DNA from: Octopus vulgaris
Lineage: Eukaryota
DNA: 64,000 nt
Assembly (NCBI GenBank): GCA_951406725.2
Contig: OX597826.1
Location: 682,001-746,000, forward strand
Direction of reading: 5' to 3'
A program made the position numbers and the translations under genes. Below the pieces are notes generated by a model, which saw only the letters and a list, made by a program, of their open reading frames with translations, was not told the origin of the DNA and did not search any database. How positions within the stretch are numbered: position 1 is the first letter of the stretch; the number at the start of each line of letters is the position of its first letter. Shown here piece by piece: positions 13,024-26,716 of this stretch.

Positions 13024-14463
13024 TACATACATACATACATATCAAGTTTACCGTTCATCGCTTCAAGATAGGTGAAATAGAGTACAGATAGGTAGAAAGA
13101 TTCAGCTGTACCGTGTTCACCCCACCTTGCAATATTTGTTATCAGGAGTCTTGGATTGGCTACGAAAAAGAGAAGCGAGGTTGGAAGAAAATTGTCGGAA
13201 ACCGCTGAGAAGATAAGCAAGTCATTACATCTGGTTCAAGAGAGTGAATGAGTGATGCAACTAGAGAGAGCATTTAGGATAATAGAAACATCTGGCCTCA
13301 AAGTTGCAACATCTGCCTCAACAAAATTTGTGCTGTTGTGCAGGAGGTTTTTCACCTACATCAGTGGGAGACCTCGGGCAGCACTGGTGTCCCAGTGAAA
13401 GGAACCGAAACGCCAACAGAGTTGCTTCACCTCCTGATGAGACGAAGTATAGGACAAGTCTCAAAGAACGTGTGTTTACCTTAAATGTAACAATTTTTCA
13501 ATTTAAATTAAGATCAATTGGTTATCCCAATCGGTAGCATGTTGGACCAAATTTCTTGGATGCAATGTGTTATCATTAGAGCGTCAAATGAAAGTGCCTC
13601 GCGATATTTAGTTACGGTTTCTTACGTTCTAACCTCAATCCCCTTAAAGGCCTACTTTGATTTTTATCATTTTTGGATCTATAAAATAAATACCACAAAA
13701 GTACTGGAATCGATTCAATTGATTCTACCCACCCATCCACCCCCAAGACGGTGTGGCCGAAATTAGAAGTCTTTTCTCTTTTTTCTTTTTTTTGGTAAAT
13801 TAATGTTATAGATATATGTAAAGGCGGTAGTAAACACTTCGGGTCTTAGGTCTCGCGGTGCTGGTTACCCGGTTTCTATGGTGCACAAGTGACCGAGGTC
13901 ACAATATACCCCTCCTCAACGGAACACCAGTCCATTATAGAGTCGCTTGTTTACAGCTGAGTGGACTGCAGCCACATGAAATGAAGTGTTTTACCCAAGA
14001 ATACAACGCACCGCATAGGTCAGGCATCGAAATCACGATCGCAAGATCATGAGCGCAACATCCGAACCACTAAACCACGCACATTCACTGTGATGGCAGA
14101 AGATTGACAGAATCGTTAGATTGGCGTTCAAAATTCCTTTAACATTTAGTTCCGTCTCTTCAAGTTTTGAGTTTAAATCTTGCCGAGTTCGAAGTTGTCT
14201 TTCTATACAATAGTGAACCAGTGAAGTCCCAAGGGACCGTTGTGATCAACTGTAAACCGTACACCATCACCAATACATCTGTCACTTTCTGCCTCTCTTC
14301 AAAAATAATACCAGACACGTTAGTTTCACCCAGTTTACGAAAACAGGGATCGGTTACCACGACTCATGCAATCCAGGATATGTAATATATATGTTTCCAC
14401 GCTTTTATTTATAGCTTTATCTGCTTCGAGATCCGTGGCTCCAAAAAGAATTATACATATATA

Positions 14464-14549
<86 letters not shown>

Positions 14550-14559
<10 letters not shown>

Positions 14560-15059
14560 TCTAGTTGTGTGAGTGTCTGTCCCCTTCGATTTAGATTCCT
14601 AACTACTCCCACATTTTGCGGTGCAGTTTAACCAAATTCGGGTATCTTATAGTCGTGATTCATATCGAGCCCGTCTGGGTATTAGCGCGCGTCTACGATG
14701 AGTCTACGATTTTAAAAATAATTTAACATCATTTTTTATTCCATTTTAATGCATATTTTTTCGTGTGTCGATGGCGGCGGAGTTGGCGTCAACGCTCACA
14801 TCTGCACCTGTGTTGCTTCTCCCCCTTCTTCCCTCCCTCGTGAAGCTGTGGGGAAGGGAGTTTAAGGAAATCAACGTCGTAATGCGTTGTCAAGGAGACC
14901 AGCGTTCTTTTAGAACAACGACTTCATGGCTTGAAGTCGCCAAAACAGAAATCGCTAAAAAAGCTGAAACAGATCCACAAAAACGGCAATTACCGCCACA
15001 CAGGGCAGGTTTCCTGTGCAAACAATTTGCACAACCGAATGTTTTAGTTGTTGCACAAA
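14550..15059 (+). mobile_element. Non-autonomous Helitron, 5' part (outer layer of nest)
   Basis: 14565-14760 is a direct repeat of 15451-15640; tatataaaa + (GT)-rich 5' end. Confidence 0.7.
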
Positions 15060-15828
15060 TCTTTATATATAAAACTAGCAGTATCGCCCGGCGTTGCTCA
15101 GGTTTGTAAGGGAAATAACTATAAAGCATTTTTAGAGAGTTATAGCCAAAAAATAGCAAAAAAATTATGGTAAATTTTTTTTTTAGTTAAAAAAGGTTGA
15201 GTTGCGTCCCCTAGACAGTCTGTGGTTTGTTTCTGATTCTCGACCCCATGTCGATTTTATTGATTTTTTTCAGAACTGGGGGAACTTTTCAAAATTTTCG
15301 CTGCGTTAGTTTTGAATTATGACATTGGGCTATGTGTGTGTCAAGTTTAATCAGAATCGGTTGAAAGCCGTGGTCAGGGTGAGGGTACAAGCAAACAGAC
15401 ACACAGAAACACGCACAGACAAACTGCCGTTTATATATAGAGAGATTAAGGTTGTGTGTCTGTCTCCTACGATTTAGATTCCTAACTACTCACACATTTT
15501 GCGGTGCAGTGTAACCAAAACCGGGTATCTTATAGTCGTGATTCATATCGAGCCCTTCTGGGTATTAGCGCGCGTCTACAATGAGTTTACGATTTTAAAA
15601 AAAATTTACCATCATTTTTTATTCCATTTTAATGCATTTTTCGCTATTATATAAGGGAAGTAACTCTCTAAAAATGTCTACGATGAGTCAACGATTTAAA
15701 AAAAAATTACCATCATTTTTTTATTCCATTTTTAATGCATTTTTGCTATTTTTTTGCTATATTTCACTAAAAATGCTTATATAGTTATTTCCCTTACAAA
15801 CCCGAGCAACGCCGGGCGATACTGCTAG
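15060..15828 (+). mobile_element. Non-autonomous Helitron
   Basis: 5' A|TCTTTATATATAAAA; 3' hairpin cccgagcaacgccggg then CTAG|T. Confidence 0.85.
15075..15445 (-). mobile_element. Non-autonomous Helitron inserted in opposite orientation
   Basis: Minus strand A|TCTCTCTATATATAAAC...gagcaacgccgggcgatactgCTAG|T, no TSD. Confidence 0.88.
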
Positions 15829-15870
15829 TATATATATATATACACACACACATATACATTTATATATATA

Positions 15871-17711
15871 CTGGCATTATGACCCGTCGTTGCCGGGTTA
15901 TAGTGCTAGTGCATATATATATGTGTATATATATGTGTACATATTACATGTACATCTATATATATACATCTACACATAAAATACAAAATACAAAGTTATA
16001 TCTTGATATCGCTAGTGATAACAATACTCAAAATATATAACAGACTGGAATTGTAGGCCCGTCTCTTGCAATTTCGATCAATTGTATCTTGTCCTCCCTC
16101 TTGTATAGAAGTGTGACTACAATCCAGCCTACCTCTACTTCTGGGGGTACATTTTAAATTTTTATCCGGGACGTCCTACGTCCCAGATATCTCTTTACTC
16201 TTTTACTCTTTTACTTGTTTCAGTCATTTGACTGCGGCCATGCTGGAGCACCGCCTTTAGTCGAGCAAATCGACCCCGGGACTTATTCTTTGTAAGCCCA
16301 GTACTTATTCTATCGGTCTCTTTTGCCGAACCGCTAAGTGACGGGGACGTAAACACACCAGCATCGGTTGTCAAGTAATGCTAGGGGGACAAACACAGAC
16401 ACACAAACATATACACACACACTTATATACATATACATATATACGACAGGCTTCTTTCAGTTTCCGTCTACCAAATCCACTCACAAGGCATTGGTCGGCT
16501 CGGGGCTATAGCAGAAGACACTTGCCCAAGATGCCACGCAGTGGGACTGAACCCGGAACCATGTGGTTGGTTAGCAAGCTACTTACCACACAGCCACTCC
16601 TATGGTGCTTTCCTCCAGGTGTTGAAATGGGTTTTTTTCTCTACATTGTATACTTTATAGACAATAGTCTTTTCTTTAATTTAATTTTTTATTTCGTTTG
16701 GTAGTGTTATCCTAGATTCACCGTCTTTGTCGGTGATCAATCCGTATTTCTTCCATTTTAATTTCAATGAGTTCGCACCCACCGACGGTTGCAGCAAAAT
16801 TCATTATTGGACTTTCTTCTATCGAAGGCATTCTAACAAAAATGCTTCCGTGTAAACGGTGAAAATATTGTCAATTTCCCCAAACAGGGACACAATTCAA
16901 TTTTTAAACAATAACCAAAGCTCCTTCTCCCAAAGGGGGAGGGTTACTGTTTACAATTATTTAACAAATGCAACACAACAATGTTTCCTTTGCGAGGAAC
17001 CAACAAACGTTATAACAATAGTTAAACAGTAATAATAATACCAACAAACCTTACGATGAATCAGAAAGCAGTAAGCAGTTGAAGCTTTAGTCCTTTATGT
17101 ATAAGAAATAAACCAACAGCAGTACTCTGTAGGAGCGGCTGTTCGAGAAAACAGATATTACATACAGCCAAACTTCATGTAGATACTTAATGCTAGCTAA
17201 TTAGCAGATAATCTAATGTAAAAGCACAGCTCCATCTGGACTATTCCATTTCTGCGCGCTAATTTTATTTTTAATTTATTCCCATTCATGTGAAACCACT
17301 TATTCAAGTTCAAGTCATTGATGCAATTTTATACCAATTGCTATTTTTACTTTTGTTATGTTACGATTATATTATACTTTAGTTTGATTTTAATTTTTAC
17401 TTACTACATATAATTCAATTGTTATTATTATTTTTATTGTTAAAGTGAAAGTATCTGACATAAAATAGAGAAATGTTCTTGTTTCGCTTTTAACACGTAA
17501 TACTGAAATAGTGGAGAAGATATGATATTGCTATGGGCTCGCTCTAGGCAAGAAGTTGAACATTCTTTTGCCCATGAAACTATATGGACCCTAAGTAAGG
17601 CATGTGTAAAATTTGAATGAAATTGGTTGTGTAGTTCTCAAGTTTTAGAGAAACACACAGACAGACAGACACACACACACACACGCATTCTCAGTTTTAT
17701 ATATATAGAGA
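15871..17711 (-). mobile_element. Probable longer non-autonomous Helitron containing a SINE
   Basis: TCTCTATATATATAAAAC-(GT)(CTGT) 5' end near 17711; 3' hairpin cccggcaacgacggg with mutated CTAG near 15871. Confidence 0.6.
16190..16600 (-). mobile_element. SINE family B (other copies ~7120-7330, 10095-10225, 19200-19570, 24085-24470, 45770-46195, 50320-50470, 53860-54265, 59625-59915)
   Basis: tRNA-like head gagtggctgtgtggtaag...gggttcagtccc, internal (TA)/(CA) tract, (AAGAGTAA)n tail. Confidence 0.85.
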
Positions 17712-17900
17712 AATACATGGTGGTTGTCTACTCCTTATGTGGAGTCTGACCATCTCCTTTACCTACACCTCAGAACCATCATGGCATCTGATGTGGCTTT
17801 TTAAACTAGACAATGTTTTGAAAAGACACCCACAGATTGCACATCCGATTTGAAACACTAAGAGCTGCAGTTAAGTTCTGATCTTTGTGCATCTTAAAAA

Positions 17901-18013
17901 TGTATGTATGTATGTATGTATGTATGTATGTATGTATGTATGTATGTATGTATGTATGTATATATGTATGTAGATAGATAGATCGATAGAGAGAGAGAGA
18001 GATAGAGAGAGAG

Positions 18014-18094
<81 letters not shown>

Positions 18095-18130
18095 CATGCA
18101 TACATACAGACAGACAGACAAACTGGTAAA
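17901..18130. repeat. Compound tetranucleotide microsatellite (TGTA)n/(GATA)n/(GACA)n
   Basis: Direct reading. Confidence 0.95.
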
Positions 18131-18685
18131 CAAGCAGACAGACAGGCTGGCAGGCAGACAGACAGACAAGTACACACACATGTACACACACACAAATAAT
18201 ATGTTGGTCGAGTGTAAATGAAATGAATATTGACAAGCGTCTTTGACCTATAGAAAGGCTTAGATTGAAGCAGAGCTATTACTGGCGATACTATCAGCTT
18301 AAGTGCGGCATGTAGATTTAAAATAGATAACAGACATTAGTGCCTCTATGATTAATTCGTCTTTAATGATGTTAGCGACAAAACTCAGTCTCGTATGACT
18401 CATTTCATCCATTTCTCACCAAATGAATTCATACATATCAATTGTTTCTTTCAGAGTGATTTAGTCCCAGTTGAATGAATAACCATTATAAAAAGTACTT
18501 ATGGAAGGATAGTGACGTTAGATCTGTTTTATTGCTGTCTAAACAAGATGTTACGGTAGTTTATTCAGTCATAATTTAAGTATGCTATTATATATTTGGA
18601 TCAAATGCGTAAATGTGTGCGTGCGTGTCTGTGTGTGTATTGTATTATTCTTTTATTCTTTTAATTGTTTCAGTCATTTGACTGC

Positions 18686-18763
<78 letters not shown>

Positions 18764-18844
18764 AGAAAAAAGCAACAAGAATGGATTGCCGCATTCATGT
18801 GAATTCATTGGAACTCACTTGAATCTTAATTGCTTTTACTGAAA

Positions 18845-18896
<52 letters not shown>

Positions 18897-18967
18897 CAAA
18901 ATGTAACCACGTGTGAATCGTTGGCCATTTTCGTCCTCCGTCTTCCTTTCTTTTGGACTTTCCTCTA

Positions 18968-19000
18968 TTTCTGAAGAAGAGCTTTGCTCGAAACGTTAAA
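18968..19000 (+). ncRNA. Minimal type I hammerhead motif
   Basis: ttt CTGAAGA a gagc ttt gctc GAAA cg TT aaa; truncated sister copy at 7456-7540. Confidence 0.6.
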
Positions 19001-19107
19001 TCCTCTTTCTTTCCTTTCCTGAACGTCTGATAATACATTACCTGTACCACGTCCTCGCGATGTTGTTTTCTCATGATTGTTCTTCTTTATTTGGATTCAC
19101 TATATAC

Positions 19108-19141
<34 letters not shown>

Positions 19142-19156
19142 ATACACACATATATA

Positions 19157-19197
<41 letters not shown>

Positions 19198-19573
19198 ATT
19201 CTTTTATTCTTGTTTCAGTCATTTCATTGCGGTAATGCTGGAGTACCGCCTTTAGTCGAGCAAATCGACCCCAGGATTCTTTGTAAGCCTACTTCTTATT
19301 CTATCGGTCTCTTTTGCCGAACCGCTAAGTTATGGAGATGTAAGCACACCAGCATCGGTTGTCAAGCAATGCTGGGGGGACAAACACAGACACACAAGCG
19401 TATATATACACGACAGGCTTCTTTCAGTTTCCGTCTGCCAAATCCACTCACAAGGCTTTAGTCGGCTCAAGGCTATAGTAGAAGACACTTTCCCAAGGTG
19501 CCACGCAGTGGGACTGAACCTGGAACCATGTGGCTGGTAAGCAAGCTACTTACCACACATCCACTCCTATATA

Positions 19574-19641
<68 letters not shown>

Positions 19642-19798
19642 ACACGGAGAATATAAAAGAACCATCTCTGTGCTCGTGTGATCTGCTAGATATCGCGGTA
19701 AGGGAAGACTGGAGAGAAGCGAATTGAAAATGAATGAATTTTAATATTCCCTATTTGCTGCTGCTGTTGTTGGTGTTGATGATGATGATGATGATGAC

Positions 19799-19830
<32 letters not shown>

Positions 19831-20423
19831 TGATGTTGTTTTTAGCAGTGGTAATGGTAGTGGTGGTGCTTGTTGTTGTGGTGGTGGTTTGTGCTTGTGG
19901 TCGTGGTCGGGGTCGCGGTGGACGTGGTATTGGTGGGGTTGGCAATGGTGATGACGGTGTTGGTGACGGTGTTGGTGACGGTGGTTGTAAGGGTGGCGGC
20001 GGTGGTGATTTTTGGTGCTGGAGATGTTGTTAGTGGTGGTGCTGGAACTGGTGCTGGTGCTAGTAGCGGTGGCGATGGTCGTCTTGGTAGCGGTGATGAG
20101 TTTATTGCTTATAATGATGTTATAATGATGTTATATAAAATTTTACCAATAACAGCAACAACAAGCAGAATGAACAGCAGCAGCAGAATTAATTATGTTT
20201 CTGTTGCTTTAAATCCGACCACACAACTTCATCCTGTAATGTTAGCACTTCAAACTCGGCACTTCAGCCTTGTTAGTTCCTCCTATCACTTCCATTAATG
20301 CTATACGAGCTCTTATTGTCTGCAGAGCTGTGCTACACAATGGAACGACGGGGAAATGTAATGGTAGAGTGGATTTAAGTTACCGGATTACCGGTTTCAT
20401 TAAGCGTAAGTTGAAATTTGCTT

Positions 20424-20911
20424 TGGTGGTGGTGGTGGTGGTGGTGGGGACAGCAGCGGGGGTTGTGGCTGCGGCAGAGGCGGCAGCGGCGGCAGCGGCG
20501 GCAGCGGCGGCAAAGGCGGCAGCGGCGGCAAAGGCGGCAGCGGCGGCAAAGGCGGCAGCGGCGGCAAAGGCGGCAGCGGCGGCAGCGGCGGCAGCGGCGG
20601 CAGCGGCGGCAGCGGCGGCAGCGGCGGCAGCGGCGGCAGCGGCGGCAGCGGCGGCAGCGGCGTAAGCGGCGGCAGCGGCGGCAGCGGCGGCAGCGGCGGC
20701 AGCGGCGGCAGCGGTGGCAGCGGCGGTAGCGGCGGTAGCGGCGGCAGCGGCGGCAGCGGCGGCAGCGGCGGCAGCGGCGGCAGCGGCGGCAGCGGCGGCA
20801 GCGGCGGTAGCGGCGGTAGCGGCGGCAGCGGCGGCGGCAGTAGTAACGGCGGCGGCAGCGGCGGCGGCAGTGGCGGCGGCAGCGGCGGCGGCAGCGGCGG
20901 CGGCGGCGGCA

Positions 20912-20956
<45 letters not shown>

Positions 20957-21179
20957 GCGGCGGCAGCGGCGGCGGCAGGGGCGGCGGCAGAGGCGGTGGC
21001 AGCGGCGGCGGCAGCGGCGGTGGCAGCGGCGGCGGCAGCGTCGGCGGAAGCGGCGGCGGCGGTAGCGGCGGCAGCGGCGGTAGCGGCGGCAGCGGCGGTA
21101 GCGGCGGCAGCGGCGGCGGCAGTAGTAACGGCGGCGGCAGCGGCGGCGGCAGTGGCAACGGCAACGGCGGCAGCGGCGC
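20424..21179. repeat. GC-rich (GGCGGCAGC)n-type microsatellite
   Basis: ~750 bp of GGC/AGC triplets with variant units. Confidence 0.95.
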
Positions 21180-21180
21180 T

Positions 21181-21198
21181 GGGTTAGGGTTAGGGTTA
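21181..21198 (+). repeat. Three telomere-type repeats (GGGTTA)3
   Basis: gggttagggttagggtta directly after the GC tract. Confidence 0.8.
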
Positions 21199-22246
21199 TA
21201 TATAAATTTAAAATGTCGAATATAAATATACCACATGGATAGAGTATATATTTTGTATTTTGATTTTTTGATTTTGATTTTGACTCTTGAGCGCTACGAC
21301 GGACCTATAGCAAAGTCTTATTGTTTCTACATATATATTAGGAAAAACCTACAAACTTTGTTTTCATGTTATTGTATTGCATAAGATTACCTTGATTATT
21401 TATATTACCTTGATTATTTATAAATGACCCAAAATAGGATGTTATATTTTATTTTATATGTCTTTCGTATATATTTTTATTAATGCACCCATTTTTTAAA
21501 AGCAATGTTTTTTTAAAAAAAGCAATGTTGTCAAATTTAGAATGTTTATATAAGTTTGTGTATAGCAAAACATATGTATTTGTAAGCATGCGTATTTGTG
21601 TATGTGTAAGTGAAAGTATGCTTGTGCTTAAGCACGCATACACACGACGGTATATATATGTATCAATTCAAACTTGTGTATGTATACTGGCCTCTATAGA
21701 TGCCAATAATATCGCTACAAGTTTTTCCCCACCCCTCCTTCGTTCCTTTTTCTCTATTTCCCTTTCTTTCGTTCCCCCTCCTTGCTCAGTATATGAGAAT
21801 TGCTACATAGATGAATTTTAGCTTGCGTGCGAGACGGTTTGCGTGAATATATGTACACATGCTTTTATGTGTATAATTTAGATTCATATTCATACGTCTG
21901 TGTATGTATGTATGGCGTTTACGCGCATCCTTTTGTGTATGTTGATATATATATGTGGATTTTAATATAAATATGTATTGCAGTATTTATAACAGGTTTA
22001 ATTTCTATGCATTAATTTGTACTGTCTTCATTAACGGCAATAGGTTTTTTCCTCGGTTTTTTCCTCGGATTTTATAATTTTTATAAGTTTTTTTATATAT
22101 ATATACATATATTTTTGACCTTTTTGTTTATCGCTCGAAGATTGACCGTTTTTTTCTAAAGGGCCAATCAAACAAGTCCATTTCTTTTTAAAGGTGTAGC
22201 GTTTGTAAGAGTATAGATTGAATTAATATATATGTTCCATTCTAGC

Positions 22247-22294
22247 AAAAACTGTCTGATGAACGGCAACGAGAAACTCAGAGTAACAGATTTT
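22247..22294 (+). ncRNA. Type I hammerhead ribozyme motif
   Basis: aaaactgt CTGATGA a cg gcaa cg a GAAA ctc a gag TA acagatttt; GUA site at 22283-22285. Confidence 0.75.
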
Positions 22295-22672
22295 GTTGAA
22301 TTTTCTGCTGCTTAAAATAAAGCATATTACTCTACCACTGGTATTTGAGTACTCTTTTTTCCACCTTGTTTCACATTTATGTGTTTACTCCGGTATATAT
22401 ATATATATATATATATACATACACACATATATATAACGGGAAGCTTTATGAAAATAGACAAAAGACGAAGGGAGGTGGAAAACAAACAAACAATTGTATT
22501 AGTATGGCGCTCAGGAAATATAATTAAAACAAGTCTTTAGCGTTTCGAGCCTACGCTCTTTAACAGAAAGATACACAGAGAGAAAAAAAACACAGAAAGA
22601 AGGACAGAAAATTATATATACATACATACATACACATACACATACATACATACACCTACATACACGCACACA

Positions 22673-22736
<64 letters not shown>

Positions 22737-23102
22737 CAAATACACATAAGTATACATACCTAAATATACCCATATACATATAAACATATACATAATTATG
22801 CATACATAAACACATACATAAAAATACACATGTACACACAAACACACCCATAAACATATACACGCATATATAAACACATATGCACATATAAAAACACATG
22901 CGTATATAAAATTATATATACGCATATAAAAGCATATATACGCATATAAATACACACATGCATATATAAATACACACATGCATATACATACATACACACA
23001 TATACATACATGCACATACATACATATACATACACGTACATACATATACACATCTACACATATACACATAAATATATATATACCCATACATAAATCTACA
23101 TG

Positions 23103-23139
<37 letters not shown>

Positions 23140-23640
23140 TACACATATATATACATACATCCATACACAAATATACATGCATACACACATACATTTATTT
23201 ACAAATACACATGTATATATAAATACACTTACGCATACATAAATATATACATGCATATACACATACATACACATACACACACACACACATATATATTTAC
23301 ATAAATACATAAAGGACAGAACATGATCATATATTTGTATTTGTATTTTTATTTGTATTGCTTTTACGTCCTGTTCTTGTCACATTTTTCTTTCCTTGTT
23401 TTTACCCCTCTGCAAAGGAATTTTATTTAATTCTTTTGCAGGAAGGACTCGTTCGACGGATCATGTTCTGTCCTTACCTTCGAAACACGCATTGAGTCGA
23501 ACCAGGGACAGCTGATGAAGGGGAATATTCCTTGTATTGTTTGTCTTGTACTCTGTTTTTTTCTTTGTTAAAAAAGTCCGTTTCCTAGTTTGTTTTTATG
23601 TTTTCGTTTCTCGTTGAGTTCTACGTTTATTTGTGGTGTC

Positions 23641-23698
<58 letters not shown>

Positions 23699-23742
23699 GT
23701 GTGTGTGTGCATGTATATATACATGTAGATGTAGGTACGTAC

Positions 23743-23775
<33 letters not shown>

Positions 23776-23808
23776 TGCATCTATTTTATTTATTAAATTA
23801 TATGTATA

Positions 23809-23847
<39 letters not shown>

Positions 23848-24644
23848 GGTGTGAAACTATAATGACTTTCCAGAAACCGACTGATGAAGATATTTGCTGC
23901 GCTTGGTCCGTGTATCTTGTCTCTGTCCTCTTCGCTCTTATATTCTTATCTATGTTATCGCTTCTGTTATGTTATTGTCTAGTTTACCGCATGTTTTGTT
24001 TTCATCGATTCCGCTTGTCCATGTTCTTTTTGTCCTACCGTTCATTTATATATATTATTTTATTCTCTCATTCTTTCATTCTTTTATTCTTTTATTGGTT
24101 TCAATCATTTGACTGCGGCCATGTTGGAGCACCGCCTTTAGTCGAACAAATCGACACTAGGACTTATTCTTTGTAAGCCTAGTACTTATTCTATCGGTCT
24201 CTTTTGCCAAACCGTTACGTTACGGAGGCGTAAACACACCAACATCGGTTGTCAAACGATGGTGGGCGGGACAAACACAGACACACAAACATATACATTC
24301 ATATATATATACGACGGACTTCTTTCAGTTTCCGTCTGTAAAATCCAATCACAAGGCTTTAATCGGCCCGAGGAAGACATTTGCCCAAGGTGCCAAGCAG
24401 TGGGACTGAACCCGAAACCATATTGTTGGGAAGCAAGTTTCCTCCCACACAACTCCGCCTGCGCCTAGTCGCGCCTATATGTGTGTGTGTGTGTGTGTGT
24501 GTATAATTAAATATTAATATATGGGCTTCCTCACAGTTTCCATATAGCAAATCCCCCGGCAAGAAATTTGTCAGCTCAGGACAATAGTAGAAGACAACCA
24601 ACGTGCCACACTGTAGGACTCAAACGGAATCCACATACAGCTTT

Positions 24645-24805
24645 AGTGTGGCAGGTTGGTGCATAACCTCAGTCCTCAAAGTACTGATTGTGTGGCCAAA
24701 GATTTTGCGGGCAATGGAAAAATAGTCCATGTTCTGTCAGATCTGAGCTTCTGTAGTTGAATGCACAGTCATCTGCGAACAGGAAGTCGCGTACTGAGTT
24801 CTCTT
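24645..24805 (-). pseudogene. RTE (BovB-like) reverse transcriptase fragment
   Basis: VRDFLFADDCA...MDYFSIARKIFGHTISTLRTEVMHQP. Confidence 0.75.
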
Positions 24806-25025
24806 TCACGTACACACACACACACAAACACACATACACTTAATATCCATTCATCAATCCCTAATTCGACAGACCAGCAAAATTCCAGAACCGAGATTGT
24901 TATTAAATGTAAACATACGGACATATTTCTCTTTTGCAACTGGACACCACCTCCTCGTTGAATTCAATTTACACCATATTAATTCCGATTTTAACGAACG
25001 CAACTCTTGATTTTCTTTAATCTTT

Positions 25026-25063
<38 letters not shown>

Positions 25064-25436
25064 CACCCCATTCCACTTCTTGCTTTTTTCCCTCATTCCA
25101 CTTTTTGCCTTTACTATCTTCTCGTCCTTTCTCGTGTTTTCTCAAAGACCGGCGTCCTTTCTAGTGCTTTTTTTATAATTTTATAGTTGAGTTTAAAAGA
25201 TAGCTTGGAAACACAAGGTTTGATATATTAGCTTGACAATGTATTGTGTCTTCACGGCATGAAACTAAAAGTATCTCGTAGTTAAAAGTGGTGTATGTAT
25301 GTGTGTGTGTGTGTGCATAGATAGATATAGATATGTGTATATATATATATATGTGTGTGTGTATGTATGTATGTATACACTCACACACACATATATATAT
25401 ATATATATACATGCATACATATATATACGGCCATAC

Positions 25437-25503
<67 letters not shown>

Positions 25504-25529
25504 GATAGATGTGAATATATATATACAGA

Positions 25530-25579
<50 letters not shown>

Positions 25580-25779
25580 CACACATACAGAAAGAGAGAG
25601 AAGGTTGGGAAGAAAGAACAAACGCTACCCTTTGTCTGCTCATTCATTAAATTTTACTTCCTTCCAATAATCATGAATGCTGCTCTGTTCTAATTCTGTC
25701 CCACGTTATCTGAAATTGATGTATTGCACTTTAAAACTAACCGATAAGAGTGGCCAACCAACAGACCAGTTGGATAGCA

Positions 25780-26326
25780 TCATCGTCGTCATCACCGCCA
25801 TTACCTCCATCGCCGCCATCATCATCATCATCATTATCATCATCAACAACAATTACATCATCATCGTCATCAAGATCACTGTTCTTTTCAGCATCACGAT
25901 CATTGCCTTCATTATCACCATCATCATCGTCATCGTCATCGTCGTTGTGGCCACCATCATCATCATGAACACCTTAATCATCATCAGCAGCAGCGGCGGC
26001 CGCAACAGCATCACCATCACAACCACCACCACTATTATTTTCGTCACTATCGTCATCATTACCAGCGCCAACAACTACCACACGAAGACCAAGATAAAAC
26101 ATCCGCATCATCGTCATCGTCATCATCATCCTAATGAATAACAACAACAAAAGCAACAACAGCAGCAGCAACAAAAACAACAACAACGGCAACGGCAAAC
26201 AATGCCGGTTCTCTTCTAGAAATAAATCGCTAAAACAAAAAGGACTTCTCTGTGTTTTTAGGGTTTCTTATTAATCTAACAACAAAGGACTGAAATGCTT
26301 TACTATTCCTCTTCTGAATACAACTT

Positions 26327-26418
<92 letters not shown>

Positions 26419-26620
26419 GCTGCTGCTGCTGGTAGCAGCAGCAGCAGCAGCAGCAGTTGCGGTTGCTGCGGCGGCGTTCGTGGTAGTGGCGGTGGTTGTT
26501 TTTGGTGTTGTCGTTTTTGTTGTTGTTGTTGTTGCTGTTATTGTTTGGCTTTTCGGTGTTAGTTGTTTTTAATGATAAAGTTTTCACACTATTTACATCA
26601 ATAACAACGACAACAACAGC
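25780..26620. repeat. (CAT)n, (CAA)n, (TTG)n, (CAG)n trinucleotide repeat cluster
   Basis: Direct reading. Confidence 0.9.
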
Positions 26621-26716
26621 AGCATACACTTCAGGAACCAGAAATTTAAGAACACCAGCGGCACCTCTCGATTCAAGCAATTTATACTTATGCTCACATA
26701 CACACACACACACACA

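Noticed and set aside
13395-13480. CTGATGA gac...gtc hammerhead candidate
   Set aside because: No correctly placed GAAA or UH site
20400-21236. 278-aa proline-rich (extensin/formin-like) protein
   Set aside because: Pure repeat with no unique flanking coding sequence or splice support
23465-23535. GAAA...GTC...CTGATGA as a permuted (type II) hammerhead
   Set aside because: Helix I does not form and helices II and III are mismatched
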